In this document: positions 43,496 through 55,775 of the stretch, in pieces
How the letters are laid out: every line of letters begins with the position of its first letter
Position numbering within the stretch: the first letter of the stretch is position 1
Assembly (NCBI RefSeq): GCF_009914755.1
Contig: NC_060931.1
From: the human T2T-CHM13v2.0 reference genome, Homo sapiens
Length of the DNA: 64,000 nt
Strand: one strand, 5' to 3'
Notes under the pieces: model-generated
Told to the model about the DNA's origin: nothing
The model's database searches: none
Seen by the model: the letters and a program-made list of their open reading frames with translations, nothing else
Position numbers and translations under genes: made by a program

Positions 43496-44134
43496 TAAAA
43501 TAAATAAATAAATAAATTAGGATATCCATGTAATTCTTGTGCAGTTTGAGTTTTTAATAAATTTGCTTCTATATAATATATAAGCAAATTGCAAAGTGTG
43601 ACAGAAAATGAATTTACTGAAGATTTCAATGACATTTTTAATGATTTATTTGTTCTAATTTCTTTCTTTAATTTTCTAGGTAATAAACCCTTCTGTATAC
43701 AGAATGGTTCTATCCAAATATATCTAAAATGATGCTGGATATGTCGAAAGCCAACATTTCTGTAATTAAATATAGTAAATTATGATTAAATTTCCTCTAT
43801 TTTCCATCTAGCAGTTTGTATTACAGAAATAAATGTATTAAAATTCCTAACAGCATACAAACCTTAGGGTAACCCTGTATAGTATTAAGTGATTGATTAC
43901 AAGTCTACAGAATGCTGGGATGAACAGGGTTGCCCTTAAGAAAGAATTTCTCAAGCTGAGACCCAGAAGGTGAGTTAGGAGTCAGCCAGGGAGAAGGGAT
44001 ATTCCAAGGAGAAGGAACAGCATGCACAGGGGCCTGGAGAGAGAAACTAGGGAGGAGGCAGACAGACTTGAAGTTGAGGGCGAGGGAGGGGGGAACGACA
44101 GGGCACAGAGCAGAGATACAGGCAGAGGCCTTCC

Positions 44135-44590
44135 TGGGCCCACCTCACCACTTCTAGGCACATCCCAGAGTGCAAGAAGGTTGCTCACTGCTTCAGTTTT
44201 TATAACAGCAAAAGATTACAAACAATCTCAACGTTTCATCCATAAGGGGCTGGTTAAAGAAACTACGGTTCACCCAAACAGAAATTTTTAGAAAGTTCCA
44301 AAAAAAACCAACATGGAACTCTTTATTGCTATGCAGTGATCTCCAAGACAAATTAAGTGCTAGATGCAAAAGGTGCTAGATAGAAAGTGCTGGATGCAAA
44401 ACAGTGAGTATGATACGATATAATTTGTGTTAAAAAATTAATTTACACATGCTTATATGTGCTAGACTATTTCTTGAAGGATACACAAGAAATTAAAAGG
44501 GCTGGTTACCTCCAGAGAAGGGTATTAGGTGGCTGGGGATGGGGTGGGAGGGAGAATTTCAATGGTCTGCCATTGAATCTTTTCAGACCT
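44135..44590 (+). mobile_element. L1ME-like 3' fragment
   Basis: ccacttctagg...tttataacagcaaaagatt...gatctccaagac...ggatacacaagaaatt. Confidence 0.65.
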
Positions 44591-45082
44591 GCAGGAGGAG
44601 GAGGGGGAAGAAGAAAGATGTTTTAAGTGGAAGGGCAGCTCATGTAAGACTGTGGCTCTGTTTGTGGGAAGGCTTGCATGTGGACAGGTAATGATGAAGC
44701 TCCTCCATGTTCCTTCAGCTTCCTGCAGGATCCTGTCTGTCTGGTATTGTTTTTCTGCTGTTTCACACAGAGATGCTCTTTGAGAAAGATCATAAACTCC
44801 TCAAGGGCAGGAATCTTCAAGTGCAAGTTCAGAGCCCCCACAGTGCCTAACACACACGTGAAACACAGCAAAGTTGTCTTAATTCCAGCCGCCAGGTGTG
44901 CTGACTCACTTGACCCCCCAGCCCCCACCCCACACGAAGCAGCCTCTAGAGTCTGCCCCAAACCCAAATGCTGCATAATCAAGCTGGAGGAATTCCCTCC
45001 TCCTAGAAATTCCAGCCCAGTCTCAGAGGCCGCATTAGAACTGCTCTTTGTGGTTAAAATGACTTTCACAGGCACCAAGGGG

Positions 45083-45620
45083 AAGGGTTTCCAAACTGAG
45101 GGTTCACAATCCACCAGTAAGTTGTGAAATCAATTTGGTGATCCAACAAGCCTTTTTTAAAAAGAATGAGGGCCTGGCGAGGTGGATCACACCTGTAATT
45201 CCAGGACTTTGAGAGGCCAAGGTGAAGATTGTTTGAGGACAGGAGTTCAAGACCAGTCTCAGCAACACAGCAAGACCCCATCTCTATAAAAAAATTTTAA
45301 AAAATTACCCAGGTGTAATGGCCCATGCTTATAGTTCCTGATACTGGGGAGGCTGAGGCAGAAGGATCGCTTGAGCCCAGGAGTTTGAGGCTGCAGTGAT
45401 CTAAGATCGCACCACTACACTCCAGCCTGGGTGAAAGGAGACCCTGTCTCTTAAAAAAAAAGAATGGAAATTTTCAAAAGTCAGAATATATCACACACTA
45501 GTAAAAATAAGTATTATTTTGTGAAAATGTTTAATTTCAAATATGTGTGTGGATAGTGGGTCATCGGTAAAATATATTTATTACCGTGGGTTGCAGCCAA
45601 AAGTGTTTGAAAGGCAGTGG
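45083..45620. mobile_element. hAT-Charlie (Charlie4-like) element interrupted by an AluJ
   Basis: agggtttccaaact...tgtgaaatcaattt ... ttaccgtgggttgcagccaaaagtgtttgaaaggcagtg. Confidence 0.55.
45171..45461 (+). mobile_element. AluJ
   Basis: ggatcgcttgagcccaggagtttgaggctgcagtga; TSD aaaaagaatg. Confidence 0.92.
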
Positions 45621-46695
45621 CCTAGAGGAGTGAGTGAGCAAATGGCTCCAGAGTTGAGCAAAGCTTAGTTCAAACCCCACATCTATGATTTTGTCTCCCT
45701 GGCAGGTGACTTAACCTCCTCTCATGGTACAATGGAGACAGTAGCAACGCCCACCTCATGGGACGGTTGCAAGGTGCTTAGGCTTAGCTTGAAATCTTGG
45801 CTTAACACTTGATAAATGGTTAGCACTCAAGAAACATTCATTATCACTATCACAACCAAGAAATATGCCCTTCGTCTTGCTCAAGAATCTCTGGCACCAA
45901 AGCAAACAATAGACTTGGTCGTGGCCTGTGTTCCTGGCTGCCCCATGGCTCTTCTGCCTGGCAGCTTCTGCCCAGTGTCCTCCTTCTCACTCCACAGGGA
46001 GCAATTGGCTCCACAGCTTCCTGCCTCTTCACCATCAAAGGGGCTGGGTGACCAGAAAGGCGCATTTCAATTCAGGGGAGAACATTACTTTACTCTAATA
46101 GGACATTTGCTATCCCAGCCCCCTTTCAGCATTGGTTCCAGGGAAATAGATGGTCCCAGCCACTGTAATTCCTTCGTGATATATTTAAAGAGGAAGATGA
46201 TGAAGGAAATAATGGCAGTCGATCTGTGGTTGGAAAGAATATATGATGTGCATGCCCCGTCCAAAATTAATGATGAATCAATATCTGAGAGGCAGAGAAA
46301 GTGCTTTATTAGGACCTTTGACAAAAAGGACAATTAGGACCTTGAGACAAAAATCTCAAGGCCCACCTCCCTCTCTCTCTCATACTTCCCAAACCAACTG
46401 CCAACCCTGTGTGCCCAGCTCAGGTACAGGTCAAGAGAGATGGGCACAGCTGAAAGCCTGAGGGTATTGGAGAGACCAACAGATGTTTCCCCTCGGGTTA
46501 GGACCACACCCAGTGGCTCTGGGTCAGGAAGCACTGGGATGCCTTCTCAGGTGTGTCAGCTTAGTTTGCAGAGCTGAGTGTGGGCCACAGGGGCGAGCCA
46601 CCTGTTACTAACGATGCCCATTAAGAACCTACAATGTAACCAGATGTCAAGTTTCATGCAGCCGCTTCCTTTGCCCTCATTTCATGGTCCCAGTC

Positions 46696-47066
46696 TGATA
46701 TGGTTTGGCTCTGTGTCCCCACCCAAATATCATCTTGAATTGTAATCCTCATAATCCTCACATATCGAGGGAGGAGCCTGGTGGGAGGTGATTGGATCGT
46801 GGGAGCAGTTTTCCGCATGCTGTTCTCATGACAGTGAGTTCTTATGAGACTTGATGGTTTTACAAGTGTTTGACAGCTCCTCCTTCACGTGCGCTGTCTC
46901 TCCTGCTGCCTTGTGAAGAAGGTGCCAGCTTCCCTTTCTGCCATGATTGTAAGTTTCCTGAGGCCTCCCCAGCCATATGGAACTGTGAGTCAATTAAACC
47001 TCTTTTCATTATAAATTACCCAGTCTTGGTTGTTTCTTTATAGCAGTGTGAAAATGGACTAATATA
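46696..47066 (+). mobile_element. THE1D-like MaLR solo LTR
   Basis: tgatatggtttggctctgtgtccccacccaaat...gaactgtgagtcaattaaacctc...ggactaata; near-TSD cagtc/cagtt. Confidence 0.92.
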
Positions 47067-47118
47067 CAGTTTCTGTAAGAATACTGGGAGAGGATCTTAG
47101 GCAGCTGTGGCTGCTATG

Positions 47119-48333
47119 GCCCACTGGTAGGGGCTCATCTTATGAGTAAAGAAATTCAGATGTAGAGTTGTTGAATGCATAAAACTAGACTGGAACTAGG
47201 ACCCAATTCCCAAGCTGCTGCCGGTTCCACAGTCTCACAGACACAAGTTGGGAAGAGCACAAAGTGATGGGCACACGTAAGGTGGCATTACCATCAAGGG
47301 AAGCGAAAGCAGTAAGAGCTAGAATGATTGGTCAGAGCAGTGAGGAAGAGAACAGGACTGTAAAGAGAGAGGAGCCAGAGACAGGCTTGATTAGAAACTC
47401 AGGACTGAATTTGGTGCTTGAGCCAGTACCTTAAATTCCAAGGTCAGAAGGCTTTGTGTGGATCTGAGGGGTCATGGACATTTGCATTCCTGCTGCTTGC
47501 CGCCCCAGCAGCTGGCCTGATTTCCATTTCTAACAGTGGCACTTGCTGTGGAGGTACAGTATATTATGGACTAATTAAGGCTGTTAATGATAGTGGCAAT
47601 CCATTAAGTGATCTACGGTATTATTCTGATCTTTCTCTGTCACCTCCTTTCATCAGGCCATTAAGGTGACAAGCTTCATAGAACACACTAATCTCCCCTC
47701 TGTCAGTCCCTTGGTGTTTTTTTCCCTGGAAGAGCTACGGACTCTCTCGGGATGAGTCATCCGAGGATACAGCTGAAGGGCTGGACTCACCAAGCTCCTC
47801 CTCCACCCTCAGTCTCTTCCACTCAGAACACCTGGGCTCATGGGAAGTCTCTTTTGTATTCCCTCCCTGTTATGGACTGAATGTTTCTGGCTCCCTAAAT
47901 TTCCTATGTTGAATCCCTAATCTCCGATGTGGTGGTATTTGGAGATGGGGCCTTTGGTAGCTGTTTAGGTTTAGATACGGTCATGACAGCAGGGTCCCAG
48001 TGATGGAATTAGTGTCCTTATGAGAAGAGGAAGAGAGACCAGAGTGCTCTCTCTGCCCTGTGAGGACACAGTGAGGATGGTGGCCATGTGCAAGCCAGCA
48101 AGAGGGCCCTCACCAGGAACCAATCCTACTGATACCTTGCTCTTGGCCTTCCTAGCCCCCAGAACTTTGGGAAATCAATGCCTGTTGTTTAGGCCACTCA
48201 GTCTGAGCCCTACTGGTGGGCTCATCTTATGAAAGAGGATATTTGAGATGTAGAGTTGTTGAATGCATGAAACTAGGCTGGAACTAGGACCCAATTCCCA
48301 AGCCACTGCCAGTTCCACAGTCTCACAGACACA
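47119..48333 (+). repeat. Dispersed ~127-bp direct duplication (47119-47245 and 48207-48333)
   Basis: Both copies contain ggctcatcttatga...gatgtagagttgttgaatgcat...tggaactaggacccaattcccaagc...gttccacagtctcacagacaca. Confidence 0.92.
47868..48204 (+). mobile_element. MLT1A-like LTR, 3'-truncated
   Basis: tgttatggactgaatg...gtatttggagatggggcctttgg...ctgttgtttaggccactcagtct; the usual terminal ~35 bp are absent. Confidence 0.85.
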
Positions 48334-49735
48334 CGGCCACACATACGAACACACACTGTCATACACTCACAAACACATGCTATCATATACACACACATGC
48401 ATTCACACGTACACCAACATACACACACATGCAGTCACACACATATACAAACACACGCTGTCATACACTCACAAATACCCACATGCTATCATATACACAC
48501 ATACACTCACACATACACCAACATACACACATACACGCAGTCACACACATATACATTCACAAACACATGCTGTCATACATTCACAAACACCCACATGCTA
48601 TCATATACACGCATATACACTCACACATACACTGACTTACACACATGCAGTCACACATATATATACATTCACAAACCCACAGTCATACATTCACAAACAC
48701 CCACATGCTATCATATACACACATATACACTCACACATACACTGACATACACACAGACATGCAGTCACACATATATATACATTCACAAACCCACACTGTC
48801 ATACATTCACAAACACCCACATGCTATCATATACACACATATACACTCACACATACACTGACATACACACACACATGCAGTCATGCACATATACACTCTC
48901 AAGCACACACTGTCATACAATCACACTATCATACACATATGCACTCACACACTTACATACACAGTCACACATATACTCACATGTATATTCATGAACACAC
49001 ACTTCCATACACTCAAAAACACATGCTATCATATACACACGTACACTCACATACTCACACATATGCAGTCACACACATGCATATACATTCACAAACACAT
49101 GCTGTTATCCACTCACAAACACCCACATGCTATCATACACACATACACACTCATACACTCACATACACACAGTCACACATATACTCACATACACACTCAC
49201 AAACACACACAGTCACAATATACTCACATACATTCACACAAGCAATTACACACATACATATACACTCACAAACACTATCATATACACACATATACACACA
49301 CAGTCACACACATACACATACACTCAAAATATACACTCATAAACACACACTATCATATACACACATACACTCACACACATCCACATTCTTCCATATATAC
49401 TCACGAACACACACTGTCATACACTCACACTCATACACTTACATACACATTCACACACAGTCACATATATACTCACATAAACACTCATGAACACACAGTC
49501 ATATACCCACAAACACACATATACTCACACACACACAGTCATATATATACTCACATATACACTCATGCACACACACAAACTCACAAACTCAGTGTCATAT
49601 ACACATATACACACATATGCACTCACACATACACTCACGTACACACACACTTATGCATACATTCAGTCACACATATACTCATGTACACTGTGTCACACAC
49701 ACATATGCATACACTTACACACTCACACATCGTGT
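48325..49735. repeat. ~1.4-kb CA/TA-rich low-complexity tract with ~105-116-bp higher-order units
   Basis: Motif acatgctatcatatacac recurs at about 48374, 48481, 48593, 48703, 48819 and 49021. Confidence 0.92.
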
Positions 49736-50254
49736 ATGTCCTTCTAAGCACAGAAACGCTTTCCATTTCCAACAGTATCAATAATTCCTGATTACTGAGA
49801 CTAGTGACTTACAGAACCTTCCCTTTTTCCAACTCTTACCAATTTTTCAGTGACATAAAATATAGAATTTGGCCATTTCCCATGGGGCTTCAGCCAAGGG
49901 ACATCACTAAGAGCTGTATCTCAGCTTTCCTCTGCCTTCACACTCTCAACAGTAATGCTGCTCAGTATCCCCAGTGATCCCTAATGAGGGGGCTCCTCCG
50001 CCCAATGCTTTTTACCTTTTCGGGGTAATTAAAGCAGAAGCATTCAAGGTTTCAGTCCCCATGTTCCCTCCTCAATCCAGCTCCAGAGGGGAAATACTGG
50101 TCTGATTGGGCTGTGTCCCAAAACGCTGGGCCACGCTACTAGTGGGCAAGATCTCCATGCATTAAGGTCTCCATGTGGTCTGCATCTCATGATTAGACTG
50201 GGGTTCTGGAATGCATTGAAACTCATCTCACAATTAGACTGGGGTTCTGGAATG

Positions 50255-50658
50255 CATAACCCCAGTCTAATCATGAGAATCCACCAGACAGACCCAAATT
50301 GAGGGGGATTCTACAAAATACACGACCCGCACTCTTCTAAGGTGTCAAGGTCATGAAAAACAAGACTGGAAAACCAACACAGACTGGAGGAGACTAAGAA
50401 GACCTGACAACTAAATGCCATGTGGGACCCTGGAGGGGACCCGGGAACAGTAGTAGAAGAGCTGGTGACATCTGAATGAAGTCTGTAATTTGGGTAACAG
50501 TACTGTACCAATGTTAATTTCCCTGCTCTGCCAATGCGATGAGGGGTATGTAAAAGGTTAACATTAGGGGAGGCTGGTGAAGAATACATAGGAACTGTCT
50601 ACTGTCTTGACAACTTTTCTGTATATCTAAAGTTCCTTCCAACTAAAACATTTAACTA

Positions 50659-50697
<39 letters not shown>
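50255..50697 (+). mobile_element. L1MC/L1MD-like 3' end with an A38 tract
   Basis: ataaccccagtctaatcatgaga...cccaaattgagggggattctacaaaata...caacttttctgtatatctaaa; poly(A) 50660-50697. Confidence 0.8.
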
Positions 50698-50698
<1 letters not shown>

Positions 50699-51659
50699 CC
50701 AGGCCTAGCCTATATTACAATGTTCACTGAGAACATGCTGCTAGCACAGACCTGGTGGTGAGTTGCTCAGGGAACGTATGCACTGTAGTCATGCACTTGC
50801 TGGTACTGTTTATTAGGTGCAGACATCCCAGATAAGAGCTGAGTTACAAGCATCCAAATCAATGACATTTTAATAAATAGTTTACATATATATATATGCA
50901 CACATGCACACACACAGATGGCAATAAGAGATTTAGTCTAAGATCTGTGCAAAAACGAGTTTGCCTAGCAAAACAAATTAACATGTTGGGTTTTAAACTG
51001 TTGATATTTGGCATATAAACCATTGGAGTTTTGTTTTTTCTATTACAACCATAAAAATAGTTTTTGGATAAAATTCGAATCACTTCTGCAGAGAGAAAAG
51101 ACCTGGGTCCCACAGAACAGTTAGAGAATCACTAATGCAGTCCTTTTATTTTATAGATGGGAGTCCAGACAGGCTTAACCAAGGTCACATAGCAAGTTAG
51201 GATGAGAACCTAGGTCTCCTGGTTTCTGGTTCTGAGCTCTCTGAACCTGATGAGTGAAGGACAGCTCCAGCAATGGAGCCTGAATCCCCAGACAGCCTGG
51301 TACATCACTGCAAAACAGGCAAGGCCAGGTTGGCTGGGGCAGCCGAGAGCACACGGTCCCATAGCTCATGCAGATAGGGCTGGTCAGGAAGAACACAATG
51401 GCAACTCTGAAGAGCGAGTGTCAGGCAGCAGCTCTCTAAGGAGGCCACCACAGTCCGCAGGAGGGATTGGATGGGGGATAGGGTGTGAGGCAGCTGGTGA
51501 GTGAAAGACCACCTCCAAGAGCATGGAAGAAAACTCCAGGTCTCTGCAAGAGAAGGGAACAGAAGTGCCAACACCTGGGTCCAGCTGCTCTATTGAGCTG
51601 CCTTTGTTGAAGGACTGAGTTGAACAGCAGATCTTGCCGAGGCTGCCGCTTCCTGCCAT

Positions 51660-51890
51660 TCACACTGTCCCAGAGAAACCTTCCCTGAGCATCATGCAGT
51701 TTTCCTTTCTAGATAACTGTTATTCATAGGTAAGATTATCTGGCTCATTTGTTTAGCTGTTTAGTGTCTGCTTTCCCCCATTCAAACGTCAGCAACTTGT
51801 CTGTTTTGTTCAAGGCTGAATCCCAGCCCATAGAATAGTGCTTGGCACATAGTAGGCACTCAATAAATAGCTATTGTATAGATGAGTAAA
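51660..51890 (+). mobile_element. L2 3' end
   Basis: ttgtctgttttgttca...agaatagtgcttggcacatagtaggcactcaataaata. Confidence 0.75.
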
Positions 51891-52469
51891 TGGACTCTTC
51901 CCATACCCGATGTGTCTCTGACCTTGTATTTTTCTACATCAGAGCTATTCCTAGATGCATCTCAGAGTCTGTTTGTCAAGAAGCAGAGGCTTTGATGGAA
52001 AAGCACTTTGCTGAGAACATCTCAGGCAGCGTTTTTCTTCTGCTTCATTTTCTCTTCCTAATGTGTGACAGGACGGCACCACTGGCTGCAAGCCATCCTG
52101 AGACCATGCTGCTTCCCTCCCAGGACTGTCACATCCACCGCATCTGGTTTACAAGCCAAACACTGATATCCTGTCCTTGGGTAAACCCCAACATTCCTGT
52201 CAGATGGTTTCACTGTCTTAGGAATTCAGTACTTAGAAGGATATTGAAAGTATAGCCCAAGGCTAAATGAGACTTGGAATTTCCTTAATTGAATTGGGGA
52301 CTTCAGCACCACAGACAGATGTTTTTGGCATAGTCTACTTGATGCAGCCCTCATAAACAAGCATCACACACAAACTGTCAGAGTTCTAAGTCCCTGCTAC
52401 TTATGACCTTGGACACGAGTACTGCCATCTTTCCTCCAGATTAAGAATGAAAGAAAGACACTCAAGAAT

Positions 52470-53920
52470 AACGAACTAAGGGACTTGCCTTACCAGATTT
52501 CAAGATTTATTAGGTAGACCCATATTCTTGATACAGAAGTGGCTTTTGGGTCACTGGGGATAGGATTAATTTAAATAAATGGTGCCAAGACAATTGTCTA
52601 TCCACACAAAGATATTCCACTGGATATCCCAATGGGATATCCAGGGAAATGTGTGAATCACTATTCTTATCTCACATAAAAATAAATTCCAGGTGCACTG
52701 AAGACTTAAATACAAAAAGCAAAAAACTTTAAAACATTTAGAAGATAAGAAAGGAGAGTATTTTTACAAACTCAAAATCAAAAAGGGACACAAAAAGAAA
52801 AGATTGATACATGTCGACTACTCTAAAATCAAGAACTTCCATTCAAAAAGAAAGAAGAATTTTGAGGTATCAAAAGATACCATTAAATAAGTGAATAGCA
52901 ACTGGAGAAAACATTGAAAGGATATTTAATCACCCAAGGATTATTATCTAGAACACAGAAATAATTCTTAAAAGTCAAAGAAAAGACAAAACCCAAAAGA
53001 AAAAGAGCAAAAGGCATGAGAAAGGATGCCACTAAAGAGAGGAAATATGAAAAACAAAATTAAAGAGAGGAAATATGAAGAGAAGTTCAATTTCATTAAT
53101 AGTCAAGAGAATATAAATTAGAAGCACAATATCATACTCACCATATTGGCAAAAATTAAGAAACTCGAGAATAACAAGTGGTGGTGAGGATGTGGAGACA
53201 TGGGAATTCTTATGTCAGAAGTATAATTATTTTGTCAGGAGTATATTCAGGCATTTTCGAAAATAATATGGAAACACCTTGAAAGTTAAAATTGCACCTA
53301 CCGTAGGGTGAGTGATTCCACTCCAGGTACACATCCTACAGAAATTCTTACACATGTGTACCCAGAGACATATGCAAGATATCCACAACCATAATGTTCC
53401 CATTAAAAGCCTGAAACAACCTACATGCCCATCAGTGAAAGAGTGCCTACTAAGTCTGGTATCTTCACATAATGGAAAATTAGGTAGCAGTGAAAAGTAA
53501 ATGTAAATATAGACACAAGGATAATCTTAGAAACATAATGTTGAATAGAAAGCAAGTTTCAAAGGACTACCATCAATATGTCTTTTTTAAACTCAAAATC
53601 AAGCAGAATGAAACAACATATTGCTTAATAATTCACACAGATGAGGAGGTGAAACTATACTTTAAAAGTTCAGGGAATGATAAGCATAAAATTCAAAATA
53701 GTGGTTATTTTTATGGAAGAGCAGGGCCGTGGAGTCTGTTGGAGGAGGAGAATGCAGAGAGCATCTATCTTATTGGTAAAACTCTGATTTTTAATTTGGG
53801 TGGTGGCTTCAGCAGTGTGTGTTTCATTAGTATGCTTTATTTGTTACCTTGTTATATAGACTCTACATATATTTATTAATACACTTATTAAATATATATA
53901 CTAAAATTTAAAATACTAAG
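52470..53920 (+). mobile_element. Ancient L1 (L1M-class) ORF2 end and 3' UTR remnant
   Basis: ggacttgccttaccagatt..., ggtgaggatgtggagac..., ttccactccaggtacacatcc, aaacaacctacatgcccatcag. Confidence 0.75.
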
Positions 53921-54381
53921 AAAGAATGTGAGGGAAAGCCATCTCTGGTCCCAAATCTTATTATCTTCCCTGAAATACACTTGCCCTTTGGGGGCATGTT
54001 GAGATTGATTAAGGCCAGATAAATTCAAATTGTAAAATCATTGTTATTCATTCATTTAACAAAAATTATGGAGCATCTACCATGTGCCTGCCCTGAGGAC
54101 TGGTCACTGAGCAGGACAAACTTGGCTCTTGCTCTCACTTCGACAGAGCTAAGACTCTAGGAGCTAACCTGAGTCCTGGAGAATGTCTCCTTTCTTCACT
54201 TCCTCTTGGGCAAGCAATCTCCATTTCCTTCCCCACAGTGCTGCTGTCTTCTGAAAAGAAGCAGTGGACAAGGGATAAGAACCTGTCTTGGGAGGAGCCA
54301 ATCTCTTCTGGGGTCTAGAATCTGCCTCTCAAACAAATCTCACTTTGTAATTAGACTTTCTTTGGCCACTAGACTGTCCCC

Positions 54382-54754
54382 CAATATGGTTTGGCTGTGT
54401 CCCAACCCAAATCTCATTCTGAATTGTAGCTCCCACAATTCCCACATGTCATGGGAGGGACCCAGTGGGAGGTAACTCAATCTTGGGGGCGGATCTTTCC
54501 CATGATGTTTTTGGGATAGTGAATAAGTTTCACAAGATCTGATGGTTTTATACAGTGGAGTTCCCCTGCACATGCTCTCTCTTGCTTGCCACCATGTAAG
54601 ATATGACTTTGTTCCTCCTTCATTTTCCACCATGATTGTGAGGCCTCCCCTCACAATGGTGAGGTGGAATGGTGAGTTTATTAAACCTCTTCCCTTTATA
54701 AATTACCCATTCTTAGCTATGTCTTTATTAGCAGCATGAGAACAGACTAATACG
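54382..54754 (+). mobile_element. THE1B/C solo LTR
   Basis: atatggtttggctgtgtccc...gaattgtagctccc...gcagcatgagaacagactaatac. Confidence 0.92.
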
Positions 54755-55566
54755 CCCCCCAAGTAATTAAAGCCTGTAGGCCTTTCTATACACCTGGCTG
54801 ATGCCATCTGCTTAGACCACAACAGTCTGAATTTGGATCCTCGCACCATGGTTGAAATGTGAATGTAAATGGCTTGGAGCTATGTTTTTCACAAGTGCTG
54901 GTGTGTCACTTGTGTCCCGCCCTATGCTTCTCAACATCCTGGTGTGTTTAAGTGACTTGCTCACTCCTGAACACCTGGTCTCCCTCGACGTGCCAGGGCC
55001 CTCAGTCCCTGCTTGCTTGCTACGTGCTATCAGAGTCTGATGACACCTGGCCAGTCCTATATAAAGGGGAAGTGGTGACTGATGGCCTTGCTCTGCCCAA
55101 GCTGCTGCTGTGAAACCTGCCTGGAAGACACTGACAGCAGCTCTAGCCCTCCCTTGTGCTAAGGAGAAAGGCTCCAGCTCTCTAAGAGCAGTGACTATAG
55201 GAACAACAGCTCACCCCTTCTGTCAGCTGAGCTATCCCCAGCCTGGAGAGGTGAGATGCCACCTCTGCTAACTTCCTTTTTTGGCTAGGAATATCCATTT
55301 TCTTCCTCATTGAGTCTGAGGAGGTAGCACTAGAAAAGCTTACTTATGCTTTTATCATTCAGATCTCTGGGTAAATTCTTACTCACCCAGAGACAAAAAG
55401 AACCTGCTCTAAGCTCCATCTTAGGTGCAAAAATTAGGTACAAGCAGAAAAAGAGAAGTCTGAAACATGGGTCTGCCTGAGAAGATGGTGGAAGGGGATT
55501 GCAAGTAGAGACTGACAGCCCCAAAAACTTGGAGAGACCCCCCCAGACAAGTCAATCAGAAGTGCC

Positions 55567-55775
55567 CAGAGTAACCTTCCCATAGAATTTTCTGCCACAA
55601 TGGAAATGCTCTGTGACTTTATGTCCAATATGGTAGCCATGAGCCATGTGTGTGTCTCTGGAGCACCTGAAATGTAGTTAGTGTGACCAAGAAACTGAGT
55701 TTCTAATTTTGTTTGATTTGAGTTAGTTTGAATCTGAAGAGCCACATATGTATTACTGTATTAGACAGAAAGCTC
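55567..55775. mobile_element. MER3 (hAT-Charlie)
   Basis: atggaaatgctctg...tgtccaatatggtagccatgagccatgtg...gagcacctgaaatgtagttagtgtgacc. Confidence 0.75.

Noticed and set aside
45816-46337. 173-aa ATG ORF
   Set aside because: Begins in a MIR tail, has no recognisable homology and no supporting exon structure; compatible with chance in 64 kb
48263-49791. His/Thr/Tyr-rich ORFs up to 302 aa
   Set aside because: Translation of the CA/TA low-complexity tract
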